From the NCBI GenBank assembly GCA_021787565.1, contig JAJYLT010000016.1, positions 9,156 through 73,155 of the forward strand: a stretch of DNA of 64,000 bases, given 5' to 3'. A program made the position numbers and the translations under genes. Below the pieces are notes generated by a model that searched no databases, was not told the DNA's origin, and saw nothing but the letters and a program-made list of their open reading frames with translations. This DNA comes from Acidobacteriota bacterium (lineage in GTDB: Bacteria; Acidobacteriota; UBA4820; DSQY01). Positions 48,420 to 58,359 of this stretch are shown here, piece by piece (the stretch's first letter is position 1; every line of letters begins with the position of its first letter).

Positions 48420-50987
48420 TTACCACGTGAGCACCACGTCGTTGCCGCTCCTGGCCACGCGGAGCGTGTCTCCGGCTCCGTCAACGTTGTAAAAGAAGAG
48501 ATCCGGGCCAGAAGCCGCGCCGGCATCCGTGTAGGTGTTGCCCAGGGCGGCACCAAGCGGCGGGAGGCTTGAAGCCACCGTGCCCCGGCGGATCAGATTG
48601 GCGAAGAAGGCTAGAGAGCTGTCCAGGGTGAGCTTGCCGTAGCCCCAGAAATCGTTCGGCGTGGTCCCCGTGAAACCGTCCGAGCGAGCCCCCGCCTGAA
48701 GATCCCCTCGGATCTGGCCAAGCGTGAGCGCGGGGTCGGCGCCGAGAAGAATGGCCGCCGCCCCAGAGACCTGGGCGCAGGAGAAGCTCGTCCCCGATTC
48801 GGCGATGTGCTGCCTGCTCGGGGTCTCCTGGACGATGTACTGGCTCTGCGGGGAGCCGGTGTACCAGCCGGCGCCGAGTTGGCTGGAGAGCGAGGTCACG
48901 ACCACCTCCCCGGGCGCGGTGAGGTTGGGCTTCTGGTCGTTCACCACGGCGTTGCCCTCCGAAATCCCTCGCAGAGGCCCGTGCGAAGAATAGGAGGCCA
49001 GGGCGCCGAGCGTTTCGCTGGAGGACTGTGGCGTTCCGTTTTGATCCACCCACGACGTCTTGGTGACGTGGGCGCCCACGGCGATGACGTCGTGGGCTGC
49101 CGCCGGGCCGTTGATCATCTTCGCGTCGTCCCCGCCGAGGTAGCGGTTCGTGCAGTCCTCCGTGGCGGTAGCGAAGTAGCCGTAGGTCCAATTCGTCATG
49201 TAGCCGTCCACGTGGGCCCCCGAAGCCGTACCGCCGTTTTGCCGAAACTGAACGATGATGGGCATGGGGCCGGACCAGCCCGGCGGCACGTAGTAGAGGT
49301 CTCCGCCATAGGCGGACTCCGCGGTCGTCGCGTAGTCGTAGGCCACGAAAGCATACTGTAGATTGCCGTTGTGGTAATCGGTCATGGGGTTTTCGAGGCC
49401 GAGGTAGACTCCGAAAGTGCTGGATGAACCAGCCGTCGTGGGATCGCCGACGAAGGAGTCCCGCCAAGACTTCCGGGAAATCGAGTAGTAGCCGCTGTTG
49501 GCCGAGGAGATGGCCACCCATCCCGTACTGAAATAGGTCCAGCTAGCGTAGTAGTCCACCGGGATCCAAGCCCGGAGCTCGATGTTCGCCGATGTGGGGA
49601 AGTAGAACTCCATGTTCATGGGCTGGCCCGCGTAGCCGTTGCCGTTCCAGTCGTAGGAGTAGGCGGTGATATTCGTCGCGTCGGTCTGGTTGCTACCGGA
49701 CGGTGTCGTCATGGCGCAGATGTTTCCATCCGCGTGCATGAGGTTGCCCGTGGCGTTGCCCGCGGCGGCCGAGAGCGCGATCCCGGCGCTCGAATCGGAA
49801 ACCCCAAGGTTGTTATCGATCCAGTAGGAGAGGTCGTCCCCGCCATCGTGCGGCCCCCAGTCCGAGCCGAAGCTCATGTTGATGGAGACGGGCTTCCCCA
49901 GGCTGGCGGCCTTGTCCTTGATGTAGCGAAGGCCGTCCTCGATGTGGGCATCGGAGAGGTCCGATTTGACCAGGATGATGTCCGCTTGATCGGCCTGCCC
50001 GTCGTAGGTTCCACCCGTTGAACTGCCGTTACCCGCCGCCACCCCCGTCGTGGAGGTGCCGTGTCCCCACGTGGAGGCGTCGTTGTCCTGTTCCGTGCAC
50101 GCCCCGGCGTTGATCTGGCCAGCCGTCCATTCGGCTCCATACGTGTAGCCGGCGGGAGGCGTTCCCGTCGCCGTCTGGTCCCAGATGAAGAGGATGCGCG
50201 TCGTACCGTCGGGGTTCTTGAAATCTTGGTGGCTCCAGTCGATGCCCGTGTCGATGGAGGCGTAGATCGCCCCGCTTCCATGGAGCTTCCAGTCGTTGTG
50301 CACGGCTGTCGTATGCGTGTCCGGCAGGGCTTGATCCATGTAAGGCTGGTAGAGTACCGGGGCGCGGACCCTGGTCACGCTCGGATTCTCGATCAGGGAG
50401 CGGATCTGCGAAATGGGCACCACGAGAAGGGCTGAATGCTCGGGGAACCACTGGCCTTCGAAGCGGGCGCCCAGCCGGCCAGCCACCTCCGGCAGTAAGG
50501 CCGGCGTGTCCGATTCCACCTGGACGGCGATGGCCGGAGTGCCCTGAACCTCCTCGAAGCGAAACAGGCGATTGAGCCCCTTGTAACCGGATTGGGGGGA
50601 GCCTTCCCCGGTTTCGCTCCGGGGGCCCATCTTGGCCAAACGGCGCGCGTCCAGGGCCAGCGTTGCCTTGGGCAGGCTCGCCGGGACGGACATCTGGGCA
50701 TCCTGCTTCGGATCCGCGGCCTGCAGCGGCACGGTCTTCGGGGCGAGGAGCATCTGGAGCCGCGCGTCCAGTTTCTCCTGCTCATTGGCCTTCAAAGGCC
50801 GGCTGGCCACTGAGTTCCTCAGGGCCGCCAAGGCCTCGGCCGTTTCCTGAAAGGAGGGGATGGTCCGCGGGGGCTCGGCCCACAGCACCACTCCTATCAA
50901 GAAGAGCGTTCCCGCCCATCCCGCCAACCGGGCCACCGAGCCGGCTCGGCTCGTTCTGCTTCGCGGCGTGTTCACTGGCTTGGTCAT
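48420..50987 (-). CDS. Secreted subtilisin-like serine peptidase (S8 family) with large insertions.
   Basis: Signal anchor GTLFLIGVVLWA. Catalytic triad motifs SIDTGIDWSHQDF (Asp), WGHGTSTTGVAAG (His) and ESGTSFSCAQVSGAAAIL (Ser). GGGGAG RBS. Confidence 0.8.
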   Translation of the reverse strand: MTKPVNTPRSRTSRAGSVARLAGWAGTLFLIGVVLWAEPPRTIPSFQETAEALAALRNSVASRPLKANEQEKLDARLQMLLAPKTVPLQAADPKQDAQMSVPASLPKATLALDARRLAKMGPRSETGEGSPQSGYKGLNRLFRFEEVQGTPAIAVQVESDTPALLPEVAGRLGARFEGQWFPEHSALLVVPISQIRSLIENPSVTRVRAPVLYQPYMDQALPDTHTTAVHNDWKLHGSGAIYASIDTGIDWSHQDFKNPDGTTRILFIWDQTATGTPPAGYTYGAEWTAGQINAGACTEQDNDASTWGHGTSTTGVAAGNGSSTGGTYDGQADQADIILVKSDLSDAHIEDGLRYIKDKAASLGKPVSINMSFGSDWGPHDGGDDLSYWIDNNLGVSDSSAGIALSAAAGNATGNLMHADGNICAMTTPSGSNQTDATNITAYSYDWNGNGYAGQPMNMEFYFPTSANIELRAWIPVDYYASWTYFSTGWVAISSANSGYYSISRKSWRDSFVGDPTTAGSSSTFGVYLGLENPMTDYHNGNLQYAFVAYDYATTAESAYGGDLYYVPPGWSGPMPIIVQFRQNGGTASGAHVDGYMTNWTYGYFATATEDCTNRYLGGDDAKMINGPAAAHDVIAVGAHVTKTSWVDQNGTPQSSSETLGALASYSSHGPLRGISEGNAVVNDQKPNLTAPGEVVVTSLSSQLGAGWYTGSPQSQYIVQETPSRQHIAESGTSFSCAQVSGAAAILLGADPALTLGQIRGDLQAGARSDGFTGTTPNDFWGYGKLTLDSSLAFFANLIRRGTVASSLPPLGAALGNTYTDAGAASGPDLFFYNVDGAGDTLRVARSGNDVVLTW

Positions 50988-51210
50988 GTTCGTCTCCCCA
51001 ACCTAAAATGAGTGGCATGCCAGCGTGTGTATGCTCGTCCCCACGCTCTCGGTTCCGCTCTAGCAAGAAATTTGCCAGGGATGAGGGCCGGCCGGCCCAT
51101 GGCGAAGTGCTGACCTGCATGGTTTTTTCTTGGGGATGTGCGCTGACCGCCCTCAATGGAGCCTCCGGATTGATTCGGCCAGGTAACATCCGTGGTTCGC
51201 CACGGTGACA

Positions 51211-52107
51211 TCAACCGGCGCCGGCGAACAGGCTCCGCTGAAACACCGTGTCGCTTACGGTCTCTAGGTGCGGGTAGAGAGCGATCAGCTCCTGAGGGAT
51301 GTGCTGCTTTTGGCCCGTGAGGGCAAACTGGACCTGGAATGCGTTGGCCACGGCCTTGCCTCGAAAATGGTTATTGAAGATGAGGATCACCTCCTTGGCC
51401 ACGGTGGAGGCCTCCCGGACGGCGTTCACCCACGGGGCCAATTCGGCGGCGCTGTAGAGGTAGTTGTACCGCTCGTCCCGGCCCGCCCCCTCGGTGAACC
51501 AGGCGGCGGCGTTTCGGCCGTGGAAGCGGAAGTAGGCGAGATCCGAGGTTACGGCGCAGGTGGGTCCGAGGCAGTGGGCCAGGGCCGGCTGATCGATGTT
51601 GCAGAAGGCCACGCCGCACTCCCGCAGCATCCGCAGCACATCCTTGGAACCCCACGAGGCGTGGCGCAGCTCCACCGCCAGCGGATAGGCGGAGAAGCGG
51701 CTGGCGAGGGCCAGCAGGGTTTTCCGGTTCTCTTCCGTGTTCTTGAAGGACCAGGGCCACTGGATGAGCACGGCGGACAGACGGTGGAAACGCACCAGGG
51801 GTTCCACCGCCCGGTGGAAGGCCCGCTCATCTACCAGAGAGGCTTTGCGCGTATGGGTGAACCCCTGGAAGAGCTTCACCGTGAAGCGGAAATCGGGGAA
51901 GTCAGACGCCTTCCGCACCCACTCGCCCGTGGCGATGGGATCGGGGATCCGGTAGAAGGTGCTGTCCACCTCCACCACGCCGAGGAGCCCCGCGAGGAAG
52001 GCCAGGGGGACGAAGTCGCGGCCGACCCTCGGCGGGTACACCACCCCTTTCCAGTCGGGGTATGTCCAGCCGGCTACGCCGATGCGGAGGGAGGTTTGTT
52101 CCTTCAC
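51211..52107 (-). CDS. DUF72 (YecE-like) family protein.
   Basis: 298 aa from GTG. IGVAGWTYPDWKGVVYP ... FYRIPDP ... VELRHASW are DUF72 hallmarks. Begins 48 bp downstream of the LexA-like gene on the same strand. Confidence 0.8.
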   Translation of the reverse strand: MKEQTSLRIGVAGWTYPDWKGVVYPPRVGRDFVPLAFLAGLLGVVEVDSTFYRIPDPIATGEWVRKASDFPDFRFTVKLFQGFTHTRKASLVDERAFHRAVEPLVRFHRLSAVLIQWPWSFKNTEENRKTLLALASRFSAYPLAVELRHASWGSKDVLRMLRECGVAFCNIDQPALAHCLGPTCAVTSDLAYFRFHGRNAAAWFTEGAGRDERYNYLYSAAELAPWVNAVREASTVAKEVILIFNNHFRGKAVANAFQVQFALTGQKQHIPQELIALYPHLETVSDTVFQRSLFAGAG

Positions 52108-52155
52108 GGCAGTACCTCAATCACCATCCCACCCCTATAAGATAGGGACAGATTT

Positions 52156-52746
52156 CTATCTTTCCCTCACCCACACGATCTTGTAGGCGAAACGGACATC
52201 CTGCGGCTCGACGACCACCGGCGGATAGAGGGGGTTCACCGATTCGAGGATGATCCGCCCGCCCGCCTCCCGGTAGCGCTTCACGTACTTCTCGCCGGTC
52301 ATGAGGCCTATCACGGCGTAGTCGCCGCTGACGGGCCTCTTGCGCGTGTCCACCATGACCACCTGGCCGTCCTCGTACTTGGGCACCATGCTGTCCCCCG
52401 CCACCTCCACGCCGAAGCCGTTGGGGTCCGTGAACTGCGGCGGGCGGGGCAGGAAGTACATGCCGCCGCCCGCGGGGTAGCCCTGGTCGGTGAACTCCAC
52501 CGCCTCCCCCGCGGAGGCGAAGGCCACTACCGGCACCTCCTCGGCCAGGGAGTTCTCCTGGGTGATCATGGAGAGGGGCACCTCCATGGCTTCGGCGATG
52601 GCTTCCAGGGAGCGGAGCGAGGGGGTGATGCGCCCCTTCTCGATGCGCGCGTAGTTCGGGGGGCTCCATCCCAGGCGCCGCGCCACCTCCGCCTGGGTCA
52701 ACCCGAGAGACTTCCGGACCGATACGAGCTTCTTCGCAAAATCCAT
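52156..52746 (-). CDS. LexA-like transcriptional repressor with an XRE-type HTH N-terminus and an S24 self-cleaving peptidase C-terminus.
   Basis: 197 aa from MDFAKKLVSVRKSLGLTQAEVARRLGWSPPNYARIEKG (HTH_XRE). C-terminal S24 domain with GDSM (Ser nucleophile) and GEKYVKRY (Lys). Its own upstream region carries the same palindrome as dnaE2. Confidence 0.75.
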   Translation of the reverse strand: MDFAKKLVSVRKSLGLTQAEVARRLGWSPPNYARIEKGRITPSLRSLEAIAEAMEVPLSMITQENSLAEEVPVVAFASAGEAVEFTDQGYPAGGGMYFLPRPPQFTDPNGFGVEVAGDSMVPKYEDGQVVMVDTRKRPVSGDYAVIGLMTGEKYVKRYREAGGRIILESVNPLYPPVVVEPQDVRFAYKIVWVRER

Positions 52747-52767
52747 GACCAGCCTCCGCACCATAAT

Positions 52768-52787
52768 AATAGTCAGGCATGACCATA
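52768..52787. promoter_or_regulatory. Imperfect palindrome AATAGTCAGGCATGACCATA, 22-41 bp upstream of the LexA-like start. Candidate autoregulatory operator.
   Basis: Matches the dnaE2 palindrome at 16/20 positions (consensus TATAGTCAT-N2-ATGACTATA) and sits in a local AT-rich patch (ACCATAATAATAGTCAGGCATGACCATAAAG). Confidence 0.45.
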
Positions 52788-52997
52788 AAGTCAAGTGAAA
52801 GCCCCACGACCGGTGCGGATTGGCTCCCGGCAGCCCCGATCGGATCTGCGTCTACGAGATCAGCTGGAGAGGGCCGGCGCTGAGCGCCGGTCCTCCTGAG
52901 GGCTCCACCGAAGGCCCGCTCACGAAGGATCTTAGGTTGCGAAGCCCCGACGCCGCTGTACGTAGCGCAGCCGTTCCGGCCCTCGTTCCATCTCCCG

Positions 52998-54842
52998 TCA
53001 GTGCAGAGCGGCCAGAACATCCACGAGGACGGGCATCTTGCGGCCGCCGGAGGTGAGGTAGGCGCCGGCGGCGAACTCCTTCAGGCCTCGCAGGAGTTCC
53101 TGCGCGAGCTCCACGCCGAGGGCCATCTGGTCCTCCCTCCTATCGAGGCGCTCGAACCGATCCATGACGGTCCTGGGGACGGTCATCCCGGGCACCTCGT
53201 TGGCTAGGTACAGGGCCTGTTTCAGGCTGGCGATGGGCAGCACGCCCGGCAGGATCACCACGGGCAGGCCCTTCAGCCGGTCAAGAAACCGGCGGACGGG
53301 CTCCAGGTCGAAGACGGGCTGGCTCATGGCAAAGACCGCGCCGGCATCCAGCCGCTCCCTGAGCTTGGCGATCTCCTTCTCGGGGTCCTGGGCCGTGAGA
53401 TTCACCCCCACACCCACGGCGAATTGGGTGGGGGTACCCGTGGGGTGGTCCGAGAAATCCAGCCCCCGGTTCAACGAGGCGATGATCTTCACGAGGCCCA
53501 CCACGTTGACGTCGTTCACCGAGGTGGCCAAGGGGAAGTCGCCGTGGGCCGTCGGATCGCCGGAGAGGGCCAGGATCCCCTCCACGCCCAGGAGCGAGGC
53601 GCCCAGGAGTTCGGATTGCAGGGCCAGCAGGTTCCTGTCCCGGCAGGTCATGTGCAGGATGGTGGGCAGGCCGGTCTCCTGCTGGACGAAATGGGCCAGC
53701 GCCATGGAGGAGACGCGCACCCGGGCCATGGGGTTGTCCGCGATATCCACCGCGGACGACCCGGCCTGCTTGAGCAGGCGGGCCACCTCCACCGCCTCGC
53801 GCGCGTCGGGCCCCTTGGGTGGATTGATCTCGCAGGTCACCGCGAAGCCGTTCCGCAGACGGGCGAAGAAGCCTCCGCCCTGCGGCGGTGCCGGCGCGAC
53901 GGCCGGCGCGTCCTCGATCAGGAGCCATCCCTCCGGGCTGCCCTGGCGCTTCACGGGCGGCCTCTTCCGGATGATCTGCGCCACCGCCCGGATGGTCTCC
54001 GGCGTCGTGCCGCAGCAACCGCCCACGATGTTCACGCCGAGATCCACGTATCGCTTGATGTAGTTCGCCACGTACTCGGGGCTGGAGAGGTAGTGGATCT
54101 GGCCGTCCACCTCGGCGGGATAGCCGGCGTTGGGCATGACCACCAGCGGGTGGTCCACGCTCTGGCAGATCTCCTCCACCAGGGGAAGCGTGTCGGCGGG
54201 GCCCACCGAACAGTTGATGCCCACCACGTCGGCGCCCTGCTTGGCCAAACGCCTGCACCCTTCGATGGGCGTGTCGCCGAAGAAGGTCCTCCCCTCCCGG
54301 TTGAAGGTGAGCGAGGCCAGGATGGGGATTTCGGGCGCCACCTCCCTGCACGCGTCGATGAAGAAGCAGGTCTCCAGCGCCGACTGCTGGGTCTCCAGGA
54401 TGAAGAGGTCGGGTTCGGCCGAGGCCAGGGCCGTCACCTGCTCCCGGCAGATCTCGCGCGCCGCCTCCTCTTCCATGTCTCCGTAAGGCTTCAGCATCAC
54501 CTTGAGGGGGCCGATGGAAGCGCCCACCCACACGGGAGCTCCGTGGGCCGCTCGCCTGGCGATCTCCACGCCGCGGGCATTGATCTCCTCCAGCCGCCCC
54601 TCCAGGTCGTAGACACGCAGGCCCAGGCGGTTGGCCTTGAAGGTGTTGGTGGTCAGGATCTGGGCCCCGGCGTGGACATACTCCCGGTGGAGGGCGAAGA
54701 CGAGGTCCGCCTGGCTGAGGTTGGCCTCCTCCAGACAGCGGTTCCTCGGGATGCCGCGGAGGTGCAGGACGGTGCCCATGGCGCCGTCGGCCAGGATCAC
54801 CGATTCCTTCATCCAGCTCGCCAGCGATTCGCGTTTGGTCAC
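52998..54842 (-). CDS. Bifunctional homocysteine S-methyltransferase-domain / 5,10-methylenetetrahydrofolate reductase (MetF) fusion protein.
   Basis: N-terminal Hcy-binding domain (ILADGAMGT ... GGCCGTTPE). C-terminal MetF-like TIM barrel (CEINPPKG ... TCRDRN ... FDLEPVRRFLDRL). 614 aa; GTG start with GGAGG 8 nt upstream. Confidence 0.8.
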   Translation of the reverse strand: MTKRESLASWMKESVILADGAMGTVLHLRGIPRNRCLEEANLSQADLVFALHREYVHAGAQILTTNTFKANRLGLRVYDLEGRLEEINARGVEIARRAAHGAPVWVGASIGPLKVMLKPYGDMEEEAAREICREQVTALASAEPDLFILETQQSALETCFFIDACREVAPEIPILASLTFNREGRTFFGDTPIEGCRRLAKQGADVVGINCSVGPADTLPLVEEICQSVDHPLVVMPNAGYPAEVDGQIHYLSSPEYVANYIKRYVDLGVNIVGGCCGTTPETIRAVAQIIRKRPPVKRQGSPEGWLLIEDAPAVAPAPPQGGGFFARLRNGFAVTCEINPPKGPDAREAVEVARLLKQAGSSAVDIADNPMARVRVSSMALAHFVQQETGLPTILHMTCRDRNLLALQSELLGASLLGVEGILALSGDPTAHGDFPLATSVNDVNVVGLVKIIASLNRGLDFSDHPTGTPTQFAVGVGVNLTAQDPEKEIAKLRERLDAGAVFAMSQPVFDLEPVRRFLDRLKGLPVVILPGVLPIASLKQALYLANEVPGMTVPRTVMDRFERLDRREDQMALGVELAQELLRGLKEFAAGAYLTSGGRKMPVLVDVLAALH

Positions 54843-54930
54843 CTTGCGCCTCCGTGTCGGAGCCGGTAAGCCGCCTCTTTCCGGTCTCTCCTCATCATCT
54901 CCTCATCTCCTCATCTCGGCACCCCATCCC

Positions 54931-57900
54931 TCACACGCCAAAGTACTTCGCCTGCGGGTGGTGCACCACCACCGCGGAGACCGAGGCTTCCGGCTCCATC
55001 ATGAAGCCCTCCGTGAGCTCCACCCCAATCCTCTCGGGCCCGAGCAACTCGAACAGGCGCGCCTGGAGCGAGAGGTCCGGGCAGGCGGGATAACCGAAGC
55101 TGTACCGCTTCCCCCGGTAGCGCGCCTGGAAGCGGTCCATCATGGTCATCTCCGGCGGATCGGGGAAACCCCACCGCTCGCGGATCTTGCCATGGAGCCA
55201 CTCGGCCGTCGCCTCCGCCAGCTCCAGCGCCAGCGCCTGGAGGGCGTGGCACCTCAGGAAGCTTCCCTCCCGCTTGAGCCCCTCCACCCGATCGCGGATG
55301 CCCTCCCCGGCCGTCGTGACGAAGAGGGCCACCGAGTCGCCTCCGCCCTCCGAAACCGGCCGGATGAAGTCGGCGATGCACTCCCGCTCGCCGCCGCGCT
55401 GCCGGGGGAAGGCGAAGGACGCCGGGGGACGGCCCCGCGCGAAGAGGCGGAGGTCGTTTCCGTCGGATTCGGCGGCGAAGAAGCGATAGATCGCCCTCAG
55501 CCTGATCCAGCCGGAGTCCCGGAGCCCCTCCATCAGCGATGCCAGCTCGACGGCCCGGGGATCGCCCTCTTCCCTGAGCCTGGCGAAGCTGCCGCGGAGG
55601 CCGAGGTGCTTGCCGTAGAGCATCTGGGGATTGAGGTAGGGCCACACTTCCGCGACGGAAGGCTCCAGAATGTGCTCCGACTCATCCGGAGGAGGCAGAG
55701 CCGGAAGGAGTTCGATCCGTGGGCTCCTCACGGCGGGGACATCCCACTCCTCGGGCACGGCCCGCGGGGGCACCTGGCCCGCCGTGCGGCGCCTCTCCTC
55801 GATCTCGGCCCGCGCCGCGTCGGCCCGCTCCGGGTCGGTCAGGCGGTTCAGCAGATCCAGCCCGGTCATGGCGTCCTTGGCGTAGGCCACGAATCCTCCA
55901 TAGGCGGGAGCGATCTTCAGGTCGGTGAACTTCTCCGTCAGGGCAGCCCCGCCCACGAGCAGCAACGGGGCGACCCCGGCCGCCGTAAGGTCCTCGGCCG
56001 TGGTCACCATCTGAAACGCGCTCCTGACGAGGAGGCCCGAGAGGCCGATGGCATCGGGCTCGTGCTCGCGAAAGGCCCGGACGAGCGTCTCCGGCAGCAC
56101 CTTGATCCCCAGGTTCACCACACGGTAGCCGTTGTTGCTGAAGATGATGTCCACGAGATTCTTTCCGATGTCGTGGACGTCGCCCTTCACGGTGGCCAGG
56201 AGGACGGTGCCCCGCAGGGCGTCGGCGCGCCGCTCCATCTTCGCCTCCAGCCTGGAGACGGCGGCCTTCATCACCTCCGCCGACTGGAGCACCTCGGCCA
56301 CGATGAGCTGGTTGGCGGCGAAGAGCCGGCCCACCTCGGCCATGCCCGCCATGAGGGGGCCGTTGATGATCGCAAGAGGCTGCATCCCTTGCGCGAGCAG
56401 TTCGTCCAGGTCCTCCGCCAAGCCCTGCTTGGTGCCCTCGATGATGCACCGAGGAAGCCGCTCCGCCGCCGTTCCCGCTCTCTTCCGAGAGGGGGCCGTG
56501 GTTCCGCCCCGCCCCTTGAAGTAGGCCGAGAAGGCTCCCACCGGATCCCCTCCGCGGCGGAAAAGAAGGTTCTCCGCCAGGGCGCGCTCCTCCTCCGGAA
56601 TGGTGGGATAGCGACGGATCTTCTCGCTGTTCACGATGGCCAGATCGAGGCCGGCCAGCGTGCAGTGGTAGAGGAAGACCGAGTTCAAGACCTCCCTCCC
56701 TACGGGCGGCAGACCGAAGCTGACGTTCGAGATGCCGAGGATGGACTTGCTGTCGGGGAACTCCGCCTTGATGAGCCGGAGCCCCTCGATGGTCTCCACG
56801 GCGCTCCCCGCGTAGGCCTCGTCGCCTGTGCCGCAGGGGAAGACCAGGGGGTCGAAGAAGAGATCCTCGGGCGGCATGCCGTATTTTTCCGTGAGCAGGG
56901 AAAAGGCCCGGCGGGCGATGGAGAGCTTTCGCACTCTCGTCACGGCCATGCCCGCCGAAGGGTCCTCGTCGATGGTCCCGACGACGAGGGCCGCCCCGAA
57001 GGATCGGGCCAGGGGGACGACCTTGCGGAAACGCTCCTCCCCGTCCTCGAGATTCACCGAGTTGATCACCGCCTTGCCCTGGCATAGCGACAGGGCCCGC
57101 TCGACCACCCCGGCGTCGGTGGAGTCGATCATGAGCGGGGCCCGCACCATCCGGGAGGCCTTCTCCAGAAAGCCAGTCAGGTCCGAGAGTTCGTCCCGGT
57201 CGGGGTCCTGGAGGCAGACGTCCAGGATCTGGGCGCCGGCCCGCACCTGCTCCCTCGCCAGCTCCGCGGCCCCCTCCGCATCGCCCGCCGCGATGAGGCT
57301 CTTGAATCGCCGGCTGCCCAGTACGTTGGTACGCTCGCCCACCAGGACCGGCCGGTTCTCCTCCTCCACCTCCAGAAAGTCGATGCCCGACAGGAAGGTC
57401 CGGTGGTGCTCGGGCACACGGCGCGGACGAAGGCCCGCCACGGAGTCGGCGAGGGCCCGGATGTGCTCCGCCGTGGTCCCGCAGCAGCCACCCGCCAGGT
57501 TGATCCAGCCCGATTCCGCGAAGCGCGCCAGATGGGCCGCGAACTCGGCCGGAGTGGTGCCGTAGCGGCCGTTCTCGTCGGGCAGGCCGGCGTTGGGGTA
57601 GCAGGAGACCCTCGTCTTCGCGATGGCCGAGAGGCTCCGCAGGTGGCTCGTCATCAATTCCGGCCCCGTGGCGCAGTTGAGGCCCACGGCCAGGAGGGGG
57701 GCGTGCATGACGGAGGCGTAGAGCGCCTCGATGGTCTGTCCGGCCAGCATGGTGCCGGAGGGCTCGATGGTGACCGAGACCATCACGGGCACCTCCAGCC
57801 CGGTCTCCTCCATGGCACTCCGGAGACCGAAGAGGCCCGCCTTCAGGTTGCGCGTGTCCTGGACGGTCTCCAGCACCAGCAGGTCCGCGCCCCCTTCGAG

Positions 57901-58359
57901 GAGGCCGAAGGCCTGGATCCGGTAGTGCTCTCGCATCTGTTCGAAGCTCACGCCGCCCGTCACCGTGATGGAACGGGTCGTTGGGCCCATGGAACCGGCC
58001 ACGAAGCGGGGCTTGGAGGGGGTGGAAAAGGCCGCGCAGGCGGCGCGGGCGATCTGGGCCGCGCGACGGTTGATCTCCATCGCCTTCCCCGCCAGTCCGT
58101 ACTCGGCCAGGACGAGCGGGGTGCCGCCGAAGGTGTCGGTCTCCACGATTTGGGCCCCCGCCCCCAGATAGCTCTCGTGGACGGCCCGAACCACGTCGGG
58201 GCGCGAGAAGACGAGGTGCTCGTTGCACCCCTCCAACTCGGACCCGCCGAAGTCCTTCGCGGTGAGCCCGAAGGCCTGCAGGGCGGTGCCCGTGGCCCCG
58301 TCCATCACGACGACGGCCTCTTGCAGGAGATCCAGGAGTTGCTCGCCCCGGTCGTTCAT
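54931..58359 (-). CDS. metH: Cobalamin-dependent methionine synthase.
   Basis: 1142 aa. Contains the Hcy domain (VMDGATGT), pterin-binding, B12-binding (DVHDIGKN, the GDVHDIG-type motif) and AdoMet-activation domains. Confidence 0.9.
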   Translation of the reverse strand: MNDRGEQLLDLLQEAVVVMDGATGTALQAFGLTAKDFGGSELEGCNEHLVFSRPDVVRAVHESYLGAGAQIVETDTFGGTPLVLAEYGLAGKAMEINRRAAQIARAACAAFSTPSKPRFVAGSMGPTTRSITVTGGVSFEQMREHYRIQAFGLLEGGADLLVLETVQDTRNLKAGLFGLRSAMEETGLEVPVMVSVTIEPSGTMLAGQTIEALYASVMHAPLLAVGLNCATGPELMTSHLRSLSAIAKTRVSCYPNAGLPDENGRYGTTPAEFAAHLARFAESGWINLAGGCCGTTAEHIRALADSVAGLRPRRVPEHHRTFLSGIDFLEVEEENRPVLVGERTNVLGSRRFKSLIAAGDAEGAAELAREQVRAGAQILDVCLQDPDRDELSDLTGFLEKASRMVRAPLMIDSTDAGVVERALSLCQGKAVINSVNLEDGEERFRKVVPLARSFGAALVVGTIDEDPSAGMAVTRVRKLSIARRAFSLLTEKYGMPPEDLFFDPLVFPCGTGDEAYAGSAVETIEGLRLIKAEFPDSKSILGISNVSFGLPPVGREVLNSVFLYHCTLAGLDLAIVNSEKIRRYPTIPEEERALAENLLFRRGGDPVGAFSAYFKGRGGTTAPSRKRAGTAAERLPRCIIEGTKQGLAEDLDELLAQGMQPLAIINGPLMAGMAEVGRLFAANQLIVAEVLQSAEVMKAAVSRLEAKMERRADALRGTVLLATVKGDVHDIGKNLVDIIFSNNGYRVVNLGIKVLPETLVRAFREHEPDAIGLSGLLVRSAFQMVTTAEDLTAAGVAPLLLVGGAALTEKFTDLKIAPAYGGFVAYAKDAMTGLDLLNRLTDPERADAARAEIEERRRTAGQVPPRAVPEEWDVPAVRSPRIELLPALPPPDESEHILEPSVAEVWPYLNPQMLYGKHLGLRGSFARLREEGDPRAVELASLMEGLRDSGWIRLRAIYRFFAAESDGNDLRLFARGRPPASFAFPRQRGGERECIADFIRPVSEGGGDSVALFVTTAGEGIRDRVEGLKREGSFLRCHALQALALELAEATAEWLHGKIRERWGFPDPPEMTMMDRFQARYRGKRYSFGYPACPDLSLQARLFELLGPERIGVELTEGFMMEPEASVSAVVVHHPQAKYFGV

